Source of the DNA: the human T2T-CHM13v2.0 reference genome, Homo sapiens
Length of the DNA stretch: 64,000 nucleotides
Direction: 5' to 3' (one strand)
Assembly (NCBI RefSeq): GCF_009914755.1
Contig: NC_060930.1
The stretch's first letter is position 1, and every line of letters starts with the position of its first letter. The notes under the pieces were generated by a model. That model made no database searches. It was given only the letters and a program-made list of their open reading frames with translations, and had not been told where the DNA came from. This document shows, piece by piece, positions 30,138-44,745 of this stretch. The translations under genes were made by a program, and so were the position numbers.

Positions 30138-33100
30138 CTATAAAGGACAAAAGAAATTGATTAGAAATGTGTTTTGTGTAGCTTTGATCCCATTTGTGAA
30201 CAGCCACTTAGGGCATACATAGCACCATATGTATTTTCAAACATGCCAGCAGTATCCAGGAAAATAGAAATCACAAATTTAAAATGTAGCCAGCTCTGAA
30301 GGTGTTACTTTTACAGACTACCTTAGTTTTCTCTGTTGAAGAAAATAGCAGTCTTGTAACTATCACAATTTACACCCAATGTCATCTTCTTGGTGGGCAT
30401 GTCTTTCTGTTTCAAAATGGCAATGTGTCTTTATTAATATAAAAAAGCACATGCAAAAAAGGAACCTCAAATAACATGGAAACATATGATGTAGAAGGTA
30501 AAATCTCTCTTCTCCCCCTCCACAGTTCCCCTCTTGGGAATCGCCATGGTAGCAGTTTAGTTTCTGTTCGGTGGACAATTATTTCCCCCTCTTGCTATCA
30601 TTCCCAATGGTGGACATTTTTAATGACATTTGTACAGATGGATTTTTCTTGGAATGAGCTCACCCTTCTTTGCTCTGATGTGAATAAATCATTTCATGCT
30701 GGCAATATTTCATCATTTTTAATAGCTTGCAGTGTATTTGTAATGTTTCTTCCTGGGTTCAGAGAAAAAAGTGATCATGGATCCAGTAAAAGCCATCGAC
30801 TTGCCAAGATGCATCACAAGAAGCAGGATCCTCAAGATTCTGATGACTCTCATCTGCAAACCTAGTTTTTCCTCTGACCGCTTCCAGCCAAAGATACAGT
30901 CCCTTTGTAGTCATGGACCAAGTCAAGGCACATTCAGTGGTCAGCAGTGGCCCCCACAGTGCACTTGAGGCTGCCATTTGCATTGTGGCGGCCCCTGACT
31001 CAGCAGCAGAATGTCTAGTGTGGCAAGGAGTAGTCAACTACGAACAACAAGATTTTACAAATAGCCTTTAACAGCTGCAGCCACAAACCACAGTTGGTCA
31101 GGCAGGAAAACTGACTGAGCACTTGTGTACTGAGGCAGTGTTTGTAAATGCAGCATGAAAGAATCGAAGCATAGTAACTACTTGTCGGTGAGTTGTGCTG
31201 AGGTTGGGAGAAGCAGGAAGGAGGAACCGCACTGCAGTTCTTTTGGCAATTTTAATTAAACTCCTGTCTCTCTCTGCTTTTCTAGCTGGCACAGGGTATG
31301 GCCCAACTGATTGCTTAATAAAGTCCTTGTAGAATTGGGTGTCCTTCCTTCTCTGGAGCTTAAAACCAGAATATAGAAATTGTCAAAACCCTAAAGGCTG
31401 TCTCATCAAATTGTCCCCAGTTTTGTTTGAGCACTTTGAGTAACAGGGAGCTCACCATTTCACGAAGCCTCTTACTGCCCTGTGAAATAGTTGCGTCTGC
31501 TAAAAAGTTATTCCTTGCTTAGATCCTAAATCTGCCTTTCAGAGGCTGTGCTTTGTCCTGTGGAAGGACACACAGTGAATCAGCTCTCCCCACCCCTTCT
31601 CCGTGACAGCCATTCAAATATTTGAATGCACCTCAGCCCTCCTCTGAGAATCCCCTTGTCCAAGTCAAACATCCTGAGCTCTTCAACCATTCTTCCCACA
31701 GCATAGGTTACTGCCCTCGCCATTCAGGTTGCCCTCCTTCAGCGAACACACTGCAATTTTTAAATGGCCCTCTCGAGATGTTTTACTCAGAGCTGAATGC
31801 AATGCTACAATTGTGTCATGATCACTGCAGAGTACATTTGTCTATCTGGAACAGTCTGCTTTTATTGATACAGCTGAAATTGCATAAAAAATGTTGGTGT
31901 TTAAGGGCTTACTGCCAAGTAGAACCTCACGTCTTTTAGATCCCTGTGTCCTACACTTGGAAAATTTATTTTTGAAAATAAGTAGGAAATGTCAAGCATT
32001 CCAATTAAATGTCATCTAAAGGTTTTAGAGCATTCTAGGCTTTTTGTTTTTAAGTGGATCTGTTTTCCTACATTTGTTCTAAAAGCCCATACGGAACTTC
32101 TAAAGCTTCACTAGCTCCTCCAGTGTATTAGCTATAGCCCTCCCAGAGATGTGTGTCATCTTTTCCATCCCTCATCAATTCCATTTTTTCTTTTATATTT
32201 CTCTTTCTCCACATCAAATAGCAGATGGAGGGTGTGTGTGTGTTGAGTACGTGTGTGCACATGTGAAGGTTGAGGGCACGTGTTTATGTGTGTGATCTGA
32301 GTAGGACCAGTTTCTTTGTTTCCTTTAATCTTGAGCTACTTCTCAAAAGGTAGGATAGGAACATTTGAAAATTTTATATAAAAACCCAAACCACGCTTAA
32401 ATAGTAACCCCAAAGGTTAATTTCCAAAAGTGGATATACTAAATATATATGTATGTATGTGTGTGTATATGTGTATATATGTGTTTATATATATGCATGC
32501 TTTTCAGCAAACATCCATTTTTGAAAATTGTATCTATAAAGACAATATATATGAAATGAAGAAATTAGGTTATTTGTTTCATAGAACTTCCCACAGTCTG
32601 GATTTTCTTGATTGTAGTCATGCTGCATGTTCCTCATCTATATATGAAATAAAGAGAAACCGACTCATTGGTCAGTTTTCGTGGATACTGGGGAACTGCC
32701 ACATTATTTTGAAAACTAGAAAATAAAGAGAAAGTTTCAAGCACGTATTTTACCTTTCTTATATGATCCACACTTCAGGATAGCCAAATAGCTAATGAGA
32801 AGAAATTTCTCTTTAGAGAGGTATTTCAGATAAAAATGGAGAAGGAATGACATAATGAGTAGGTCTGGGAAATGATCATCAAAGGAGGCCAACAATGACA
32901 AACAGCGAGACAACCAGACCTCATGTGCCTCCTGTTGGCAGTTCACACGGCAGCAGCTGCCACAGAGTTCACCAACAAATGACATGTAAATCTCCTCAAG
33001 CCTCTATCGTTTTTAAAAAAATAAATTTAGGCTTTATTTATTTATTTTAGCTCTATCATTCTTTGTAATCCCCAAAGGGTTTCCCTTCTTACTTTCTTCA

Positions 33101-33385
33101 TGTTTACAAGTTGGAGCTAGGAAAACAAGGCGAATGCTTCTGTTTCTGATTTGATCCCTAATATTGGGTTATTTTATTATAATATATAAATCTAATTTGT
33201 GGTTCCTTTAGATAGGGCTGCTGAATGGAACACACAAACAGCCATTTTTTGTTTTGCTTGTAACATTTTTTTATGCCTTGCCTTATTTCCGACATAGGGA
33301 TCCTCAAATTTTCTATACAATGCAGTTGAATTTCAGGCTTCAGTGGAAAGTAACAATGAGCCTGACCTTATTACAGAATCTCCCT

Positions 33386-33789
<404 letters not shown>

Positions 33790-33890
33790 CTAAACATGAC
33801 TTTTGTTATTGTGGATTGGTTTCTCTTTCTCCTCAAGCCTCTATCTAAATCTAATAGCAATTTACAAGAAACATAAAAGACAGAGAGGAG

Positions 33891-34205
<315 letters not shown>

Positions 34206-34812
34206 CAGAGAAACAGAGAGGGGCACGTGACATGACTATAATCAACAAAATTCAGACTGGAAAATTCTATGAAATAAATCATTTGTTTTTTAATAGATTT
34301 TTAATTTCTTTAAAAATATAAGGTATAGTGGGGGTGAGGAGATGGAGGAGATGGAGACAAAACCTACAAATTATGACATATTTCAGTGACTTGTAAGTTA
34401 TGTATTTGGGTCATGATTCAAATCATGTATAAAAAGCAATTATAAGACAATTAAAACATGAACACAGACTAGGTGTTTGATACTATGGGATGATTATATT
34501 TTTAAGTGTGATAATGACATTGTAGTTATATGTTTTTGAATGTCAAAGGTCTATGCTGAAATTTTTCAGAAAAAACAACATTGCATATGGGATGTGACTC
34601 AAAATAATTGGGTAGGGGAAGAGCAGGTGGGGTTATAAATAGATTTACATTCAAAACTGTAAATTGGGTCATGGGTATTTCAGGGTCATGGCCGTTCTCC
34701 TTCTAAGTGTGTTTGAAAATTTCCACGAAAAAATGGTCTTTAGGTGGGTGTGATTCCCTAACATTTGTCCTACGAGGACCAAAGACATTAGAGGAAAACA
34801 AAGACTTCTTAC

Positions 34813-34935
34813 CAGTTACAGTCAAAAATGTCAGCGAGATGAGGAGATTGATGCCCCAGTTCATGCTAGAAGTTAAAGCCATGGCTCGTCCTCTGATCCC
34901 ACCAGGAAAGATCTCGCTGAGCACCAGCCAGGGCA
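34813..34935 (-). CDS. SLC2A12: SLC2A12 exon 3 ([41 protein letters not shown]), 123 nt
   Basis: ttctAG acceptor, GTAAGA donor; GP-x-PW..SEIFP..R sugar-porter motif; phase 1-1. Confidence 0.97.
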
Positions 34936-35769
34936 CTAGAAGAAAGGCAAGAGTGGGTGGCGGACAGCACATTTAGCAAAAACCCATTGAATCTGAGTGC
35001 CAGCACCCTGATCTCTCCCTGCCCTCATCCTGCCGGGATTTGTGGTTGGGAAGCAGGGCCATTTCCTACCTCAGCAGAACAGGACAGTAAAGGGACGTGC
35101 TGCCTCCTCACCTCCAGCCAAGGAAGAAAGGATTCACAGAAACATTAGGAGAGCTGGGCCATGGTCCCCATGCATAGGGTGAGGGGCATGAGGTGCTGGT
35201 ATCTGTCACAGGCCCAAGAAATGCAAACCGCAGGGGCAGAGGTGGGGCCACCTGCCTGGCAGCAACAAGAGAGCCAGCTCTGGACATCTGCCAAGCACAG
35301 AAGCCTCAGTGCCAGAGCCCAGGTGTACCTGCTGTAGGACTGGGCTGTTTCCTCAGCTCTCTCCCCCTGACCTTGGAGGAGTCAGAAATCACAGCTAATG
35401 AGTGGGTAGGAAATGGAGCCAGGTGGGCATGAGGAAGCCGGCTACTCTCCCTTCTCTGACTTGGGCGTCCTGGCCTGAAGCAAGCTGGATGGAGAGAAGT
35501 TCTAAATTAAATAGAGCTCCAAGATTTGATTATTGTACCAGACTAAACATTTGAATTTCTAGAAGGAGAGTCTTATTGGCACCAAAACTCATCAGAGGAC
35601 TTTTTATTATCTGAGAGTGACAGGGAACATTATGGGGCTTGCCTGATGGGATCAGATGGGGCAATAAAGGAGCAAATTAACTTGTCTTCTGCTCACAGCC
35701 TATCAAGCCCAGTTTGCCTAATAAAAAACAGCCAGAAGTTCTTACTGTGGGCTTTTACAAACATTTTTA

Positions 35770-35900
35770 CAACCTCATCTCATTTGATCCTCACAAACCC
35801 CTACAAGGTGGGAACTATTACCATACCTCTTTTATCAAAGAGGAAACTGAGGCTTAGAAGAGTTACTTGCCAAGGTCACAGAGCACTTAAGTGACAAACG
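35770..35900. mobile_element. MIR SINE fragment
   Basis: gaggaaactgaggcttagaagagttacttgccaaggtcaca. Confidence 0.75.
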
Positions 35901-37562
35901 TGGCATTATCCCTAGTAGTCTCTGGAATTCATGCTTTTTTGTCATTGTGCTTTATTGATAGTGACTCAATAAATATTTATTAATTAATAAATACATGTCA
36001 AGTGTAAGCATCTTTGATTCAGTGGAAAGAAGGCCTTTGGCCCTGCCCCAGCTCAGGCTCACTGTTGGCTGATTCACTGTGTTTCAGAAGACCAGCTCTG
36101 ATTTATCAACCAATTACATAATTTTATCCCAGAAGAGGGGATGGGAAGAAGAAACTAGAAGCCAGGGAGAGGCCGCTCTGGCCAGCAACCACCTGGGCTG
36201 CCTATGCCAGAATCCAGCAGTCAGCCATGCCTCTAACTTAAAATTTGCCTCTCCTGACAAGATTATGCCCTGTAGAAAAAACATCTGCTGGCTGTAAATT
36301 TGCTGCTTTAAAAGAAGAAAAAACTAAATTGGATTGCAGAAGACTGGAAAAAATCTATTTTTTTCTTACATTCTCCAAGTGAATCTATACAGGGTTACCT
36401 TTCATGCATGGAAGATAATTATAATAAAAAGTAGCGTAATTATTATTGTTGTTCTTATTAATGGGGAATTCAAAACTAGGAAACCGCATGTCTGCCACAC
36501 TCTCACCTCACCTGTCTTCCCCTGCCCCTCTCCATGCTAAAAGACCTTCACTAGATTCTTGCAGATTATATCGTTGGTGGAATCGCTTTACTTTTAATGA
36601 GACCAGTTTAGTGCTCAGGTAACCCTGTCTTGAGCTTTGCAAGACTGAAGATCCAGCTCTGAGTAGACTGATATCTGCATAATTCTGGTGAAGCCTTTGT
36701 AATGAAGACCTGTCCTCGGACAAATGCAAGATAAAATTATATAAATCCGATTTTGAAGCTAAATAATATATGCCACGGACCAACCTCCCTATACCCTTTC
36801 CTGGCATGGGTATTCGATGCTGGCCAGGTGAAGCTGAGGGTCCCTACAACCATTTGCTTTAATAGCCATGAGGAGGAGGTGGGGTAAAGGGCACTCTCAT
36901 TTTCTTTTAGTAGAGGAGATAGCTCAGGGTTTCTTCTTCCAGCTTCCATCTTCACCTCGTCACCTTTCAAACCTCCTTCTTCCCCTCCTCATCTTTCATC
37001 ATGGTGGCCTTGATTATTTAGTGAGATTTGGGGAGAATCATTGCTGGGCTCATCAGAACCACCTTGGCCTCAAATGAAAATGAGTTGATCCTGCTGTGAT
37101 AGAAAGTGGACCTCGCCAACAAGAAGATGGGACAGTTGCCCAAAACACCAGTTTTATGTGCTCAGTCTGAACTGCCAGGGGCTTGTCTAGAAAAACTCGA
37201 GATCCACATTGCAAGCCTGTCCTAGATATTCATTCAATATAGCAGCTAAGCCAAGTCCTCCAGTAGTTTCACCAGTCAGTGAGCAGTGAGTTGAATATTG
37301 AAAAAGAGGCTTCCCTCAGTCTCTGTTCGAAAGGAAACTTGTCAAGCAAGCCCTACACCTGATGCTTCCAAAAATAACTGTATTGTTGCTGAAAGAGTCT
37401 ACTTCTTTTTTGATTGAATGAAGGAATTAAAGAATTGATGGCTTGGTTTATCTAATATTGACAAACTGGATGTCACAAAAATTGACAAATGTTTTGACAA
37501 TTTGACAAGGATGGCTCAACCTCCCAATGTGGAGCCTGTCAAGTTAAAAATAAGAATATTGA

Positions 37563-37851
37563 GCCTGTAATCCCAGCACTTTGGGAGGCTGAGGTGAGAG
37601 GATTGCTTGAGCTCAGTAGTTACAGACCAGCCTGCACAACATAGCGAAATCTTGTCTCTACTTAAAATAATAAATAAAATAAAATAAAATAAAATAAAAT
37701 AAAATAAGCCAGGTGTGGTGGCACATGCCCGTAGTCCCAACTACTTGGGAGGCTGAGGCAGGAGGATCACATGAGCCCAGGAGATCAAGGCTGCCCTAAG
37801 CTATGATCATACCACTGCACTCTAGCCTGAGCAAGAGTGAGACCTTGTCCC
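37563..37851 (+). mobile_element. 5'-truncated AluJ-like with (TAAAA)n linker
   Basis: gaggattgcttgagc, gagatcaaggctgc. Confidence 0.9.
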
Positions 37852-39346
37852 TCACCCCAATAAAGAGAGAATATTATTTAAACAATGATTCCAGATTGTA
37901 AAATCACAGGTTTTCAGCTCCAGAGAGAGGGAAATACAAATCTGAAAGTATCATGTGCAGCAAGATAGACTCACTGAAAGGGTCAGAGTCTTTCCATGGC
38001 TGACCTAGAAGCAAGACAGTGCCAGAATCTCACCAATCTTGATGTTCTCTGGAAAGATGCTTTCAATACCTAAAGCAGAAGCAGTGGAGAAACTCAGTTT
38101 CAGTTCATAAGTAAGGACTGAAACTCTTATTCATTCATAGGAGGTATGAATCATTACATGGGGATTTGATGTGTTTATGTTTATAATAACAGGTGGGAGT
38201 TTTCTTAAAATCACTAATTCCTTTTCCCAATGAGATGGCCCAATTTCTCCCCAAGGAAAATTAAATTATTGCCACAGGGGAGGGCTCCCTTTCACTACCA
38301 CAGCAAAAAAGTAGTGGCTCTCTCTGGGAATCTTCTTTATTCCCTACCCCGATGACAGGCCAAAAGGGGATGCACATTGTCCTATTTGTGCATCAGGAAT
38401 CCACAGAGCACTTGTAACAGAGACACAGTGAACTCTTCTACAGTGAGCGCAGCCACTGGAGTTCAGCAGGCACGAAAATTATTCTCCTTGACTCCTATTA
38501 CTCCACTTTCAATCCCATCGTTTGAGGACCGCCTCAGCAATTCGTACTCTTACAAATGTCAGGGTCTGCATGAATCTTGAAGGTCTTGTCTATGTTGCAA
38601 TAATGTAGGAAGTTTTGGACTTGTGGGGGGGCGGAGGTGTGGTGATTGTTTACAGAGATGAAACTCATATTTCACATGGTATTAAATCATCAAGGCTGCC
38701 TATCAGAACTTGCCTGATCCAGATGAAATCCACAGACAGCGTGCTTATGGCTACACAGAGTGTCATAAAAAGATCATGAAGGGCAAGTTCGTTGAAGTCT
38801 CTCTGTCTCCGGTTGAGGACATGGACTTGGATTCATAGGGGTATTCAATGGAAATGGCAGCCCTGACACTTGTGTGTTTCCCCCTCCTACCTATTTCAGG
38901 TTCCTGCCCCAGTTTTTCCCACAGAAACTGTCATTTAACCTTCTATGCCTTCAGATTTAAATTCTACAGCTCTCCAGGCACACTTTCTGTTTGGCTTGAG
39001 TCCTTCCTAAACCACCTGGCATGCTAGCCCAGGGTTTGAAAGGCTCACAGAGGTCTTGAAAATCTTGCCAGAGAACTCCTAACAATTTGGAGGAAGCTCT
39101 ACACTCAGACTGCAGAGTTTTCAACAACTTGATTTGCAAAGGAGCCATGCCCTATACTTTGTAGGAGTGAAAAATCCTTGGTTTTTATTGCCTTTGTAAG
39201 CGGCACACCTACCTCTCTGACTGCAAAGGAGTAATTCAAATGTGAATTTGAGAGGGACTGTGCCCATCCCTTCCAAGCAGATGTTTAAATTCTGGCCTCA
39301 TAAGTTGCCCAAGTGGAAAAATTGGGTTCTTTAAAAATAAGTATAC

Positions 39347-39765
39347 GACCAGGTGTGATGGTTCACTCCTGTAATCCTAGCACTTTGGGAGGTCGAGGCA
39401 GGTGGATCGCTTGAGCCCAGGAGTTTGAGACCAGCCTGGGCAATGTAGTGAAACCCCGTCTCTATAAAAAAATACAAAAATTAGCCAGGTGTGGTGATGT
39501 GTGCCTGTAGTCTCAGCTACCCAGGAGGCTGAGGCAGGAAGATTGAGCCTGCAGTGAGTGATCTTTGAATTTTAAAATCAAATTAAAAATATGATCTTAA
39601 ATTGAAATTTCTTTTTATTTACTCTAAGAGCTTCCAAGAGTTTTTCTGAATTAAGTTATTAACAGGAGATCGAGGCTGCAGTGAGCCATGATCACGCCAC
39701 TGCACTACAGCCCAAGTGTCAGAGTGAGACCCTGTCTCAAAAAAATAAATAAATAAAACAAAAAT
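39347..39765 (+). mobile_element. AluJ-like interrupted by about 100 bp of non-Alu DNA
   Basis: Right arm broken at about 39560-39663. Confidence 0.9.
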
Positions 39766-39766
39766 A

Positions 39767-40164
<398 letters not shown>

Positions 40165-40670
40165 TCATATCCACTCATGGCCTTTTGTAAAAGAAATACT
40201 TTTTCAAGAATATTATCTTGGATTACTTAAATTACAAACTAAAAAAGGCAATTAAATAAAGGCTCAATGTTCTCTAATCTTTCTGTCCTAAAGATTTCTA
40301 GTCAAAACCAACTGAAATGATTTTTCAAAAAAATATACTAAGGGAAATTGGACTAAATGGAATAAGCCTCAATAATGAATGCTGGAGTTAAAAATGGAAC
40401 TCTTTTGTGAGCAGGCACCAATTGGGGATAAGAGAGAACTATGGCAGTGGTCTTCAAACTCTCTTGCTTGTGTGGCCTGGAATTTTAATAACTATTTTCT
40501 TTAATTTATAAGCCAACAGCTAACATTTTTTCACCATAAATTTAAATAATAGCAAAGGATGCAATTTATATTGTATTTAAATTCTAACATTTAAAGTAGA
40601 ATAGTTATATTACTCTTTTAAATGTTTCCTGTGGAACTCAAATACCATACCTATTTGATAGCCATTGTCA

Positions 40671-41002
<332 letters not shown>

Positions 41003-41150
41003 AGTATAAGAACAAGGTATTTAATAGAAAGTTTACATTGTTTCTTTTTCACTTGAACTTAGTATTTTACTCTACTGTACTGCATTTTTAAGCTGGAAAG
41101 TCTTTTATTGATCATCCCATCATACATCTCTCAAAAAAACTATGACCTTA

Positions 41151-41322
41151 GGCCGGGCATGGTGGCTCATGCCTGTAATCCTAGCTACTTGGGAGACTGA
41201 GGCACAAGAATTGCTTGAACCCTGGAGGTGGAGGTGGAGGTGGAGGTTGCATCATTGCACTCCAGCCTGGGTGACAAGAGTGAAATTCTGTCTCAAACAA
41301 TAATATTAATAATAATAATAAT
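41151..41322 (+). mobile_element. Monomeric Alu (FRAM-like or internally deleted) with (GGAGGT)n expansion
   Basis: TSD-like aaaa(c)tatgac(c/t)tta on both sides. Confidence 0.8.
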
Positions 41323-42071
41323 GTTTTAAAATATGACTTTAAATTGAAATTTTTTTATTTACTCTAAGAGCTTCTAAGAATCTGTGTGAATTAAGCTATT
41401 AGCATAATAATTACTATAAATGGATCAAAATTATAGAAATATCTTACATATTTTAGAAATGATTGTTAAACAGGAAAAATGAAAATATATTGGAAATACC
41501 TCTCAATGAGATGGATGGGGAGTTTTTTTCTTTATTTTGTATCTGTGGTTGAATGTCACTTATTTCTAGAATAACATGATACATTTCTACTTTTTAAATG
41601 GATGAAAATGATTGTTCTCAAGATTAATTAAAATATGGGGAGTTGAAAAAATTTTGTTAATAGCAATGTCACTTAATTCTTTAAGTAACAGAAGTTATTT
41701 GTAATAATATAGTGCTGATAACTTGATTAGATTATCCTTTATTTTTTGTTGAAAGCAAATTATTGGAAATAGCTTGACTTATAAAATGATGATTATCTAG
41801 GCTTTAGACTCATTTTTGAACAGCTACACCAATATTTCCAGTTGTGTTTTTAACTAGCATTCTTAGGTTTTTACAATTTTGAACATGTATCAAAATAATA
41901 TTTCTGGTAGTAACAAGTGTGCTTTCTTTTAAGTGGGAGAACAGCTATAACTGGGGAGATGGGGAAGGAGAAATATCAAGAAACAGATTTTTTTGAACCT
42001 GAATCTCTGGAAATTGATTTGCTTTGAATTATCATGGAAGGAGTGCGCTTCAGAAAGTAAACTCCCTAGAG

Positions 42072-42402
42072 CAGTGGTCCCCAACCTTTTTGGCACCAGG
42101 GACTGGTTTTGTGGAAGACAATTTTTCCACAGACGGGGGCAGGAGGTATGGTTTCGGGATGATTCAAGTACGTGACGTTTATCATTAGATTCTCATAAGG
42201 AGCATGCAACCTACATCCCTCGCATGGGCAGACACTAGGGTTTGCCCACCTATGAGACCTTAATGCTGCAGCTGATTAGACAGGAGGTAGAGCTCAGCTT
42301 CACTTGCTCACCCATAGCTCACCTCCTGCTGTGCAGCCGGGTTCCTAACAGGCCACAGACCTGTACTGGTCCAGTCCATGGTCCAGGAGTTGGGAACCCC
42401 TA
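42072..42402. mobile_element. MER1B-like hAT MITE
   Basis: cagtggtccccaacctttttggcaccagggactgg ... gttgggaacccct; 8-bp TSD ccctagag / ccccggag. Confidence 0.85.
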
Positions 42403-43289
42403 CCCCGGAGCATGCATACCCCAATATGCAGACCACTGAACTAAAAGTTCAAAATACCAAGCCAAAAAGGAAGGAGCTGCAAGAAATTAGTCTTTTCTAG
42501 TTTGTACTACAACTTGAATGTCATGGCTTCGGAGATCATATTTGATGTTGTACATTTTTCATTATTGATACTTTAATTAGAAATGTATTATAGTTTTAAA
42601 TGTTGCAAATTATCCTTGAAAAATCCTTAACACTGAGTCATGGAAAACAGTAAAGTAACACGTGAATACTTGTGTTTATTAAGATAGTATTAAAGCCTTA
42701 GCCTGACACTTTAACATCTTTTACAGTCCAATATTTATCATTTTCAAGGTCATAGAACTGTAATTGGAGTATAGACTGAGAGATAAGTTAAACACTGACG
42801 TATTATGTGAGCAGTTGCCCATGGTGACAGGACTGATGGTGTCATTTTGCTGTACTTCTTGCTGTGGTTATGCTACAAAAATGTAGTTTTAAACTCTAGT
42901 TCTATTAGATACTGCTGCTGCATCATCTAACTCCGAGGGGAAAACAGGATTTAATTAGCTAAGTGCATCTAGTTCTTTAAGTTTTTCCTGGTTGTTTGGA
43001 TGCAAAGTTAATACAGAACCACATGAATGCTGTTTTCCATATAATAATTCACCATTCCCATCACCCTAAATGACCTTTGACTTAATTAGTTGAGAAAAAG
43101 GAACAGTGTTTGTGTAAATATTGGTGATAACTGAAATTTAAGATTTAAAGGGAAAAACAAGATTTGAAAGATCTTAAAGGTAGATGCACAACATAAACTC
43201 ACATGACTATTATTGTATAATGGCTACATTTAATAACAAAACTCTCCTGTTAACACTTTTACACTGTTGGAAGCATGTGGGGGATGGGG

Positions 43290-43505
43290 ACCAACACACA
43301 CACTGGGGCCTATCGAAGGAGTGTGTGGGGGGAGGGAGAGCATCAGGAAGAATAGCAAATGGATGCTGGGCTTAATACCTAGGTGGTGGGTTGATCTGTG
43401 CAGCAAACGACCATGGCACACGTTTACCTATGTAACAAACCTCCACATCCTGCACATGTACCCCTGAACTTAAAAGTTGGAAATAAATATATATTTAAAA
43501 AATAA
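43290..43505 (+). mobile_element. L1PA-type 3' end fragment
   Basis: gggcttaatacctagg...acacgtttacctatgtaacaaacct..acatcctgcacatgtacccctgaacttaaa. Confidence 0.9.
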
Positions 43506-44056
43506 ATAACCCTCTCCTGTTCAAAAAATAACAATGTCTGAAATTGCCTTTTCTCTGAAGATATGTAATTATCCCATAAGAATGGTGGAAGAGGAAGATG
43601 AGCAGAGAAAAAGCCTTTGACTGTGGTGGTTCTGCGTGTTAGGGACCTGGAGCCTTGGAGGAAATCTGAAGAATACCAGAATCTTTTTTGAAACACCTGT
43701 GCTTCTGCAATGTCAGCCTCTTTGCCTTAAACCCAGTAGGTCTTGAAATGAAGCCACTAGGTAAACTTCCAAATTAGAACCTGCTGCTCCACATCCTTGG
43801 AGCTGTCATAATCTTTAGCTGTGCAAATATCCAATGAACAAAATTTTTAAGAGCCAGAGTTATTTGTTTAAATCTAAGTTTAAATTTTACGGCAGATGAC
43901 TCATGCTTCCAACATTGATACCCACCCTCCAATAGGCTGGTTCAGCTCCATAAAACCAAACAGAGCAAAAAGCTAGGCTCTATGGTCTTTGAGTTTTTCA
44001 AAATTCTAGTTTGTTGTTTCGAATAGAAAGAAAGACATTTGAGTTTTAGGATATTT

Positions 44057-44745
44057 GGGTTGGGAGCCAGTTCTCCGTAGGTCTCTCACATTTCTTCATG
44101 TCTTATGGGAAAAGGCACTGACTGTCTTTGCTCTAGGCTGTCTTTCCAAGGCTGTTTGTATAATAGCCTTGTTGTAGGCTGCATAATAAATAGTCTTGGA
44201 GATAGAGATAGTGTCACCCTCTGGAGCAGAGGGCAAGTTTGTTGACTGTCCGATAAAGATAACATCTCCTAGAAAAAATAACAAAAGAAAAAATAAATAA
44301 ATAAATAAATAAATAAGATAATGTCTCCATCCAGGGAAGACATCCGGGTAGCTTACTCTCTATTATGAAAAATGTGGGTTTGCTAGGCTGGGGTGTTCCC
44401 TCAAAAAAAAAAATTATGTGCAGGTGTCATCTGGCCCCCTTCATGTTGACCTGTACTGGGGCTAGGAGAACCTGGGCAAGTGTTGATATTCTGGCTATTG
44501 CTTTGCTATAGATAATAAACTGCCCTTTGTCTCTGACCAAGGAATCTTGTGTTTTTTGTCAACATCATTAAACTGTGACAGGTTAACTTGTTGATATTCT
44601 AGCTATTGCTTTGCTATGGATAATAAACTGCCCTTTGTCTCTGACCAAGGAGTCTTGTGTTTTTTGTCAACATCATTAAACTGTGACAGGCTAACTTGTT
44701 AGCTTGCAAATGGGGTAAAATCTCAGCCCCTTATGGTTATCAACA
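44057..44745 (+). mobile_element. ERV1-type solo LTR (MER31/MER67-like) with internal 108-bp tandem duplication
   Basis: Starts ttgggagccagttctcc, AATAAA near the 3' end, ends cttgttagcttgcaa..gggtaaaatctcag...aaca. Confidence 0.7.

Noticed and set aside
44481-44700. CRISPR-like or other prokaryotic array
   Set aside because: Only two adjacent units without spacers, inside an LTR in a mammalian intron; no cas or other prokaryotic genes anywhere.
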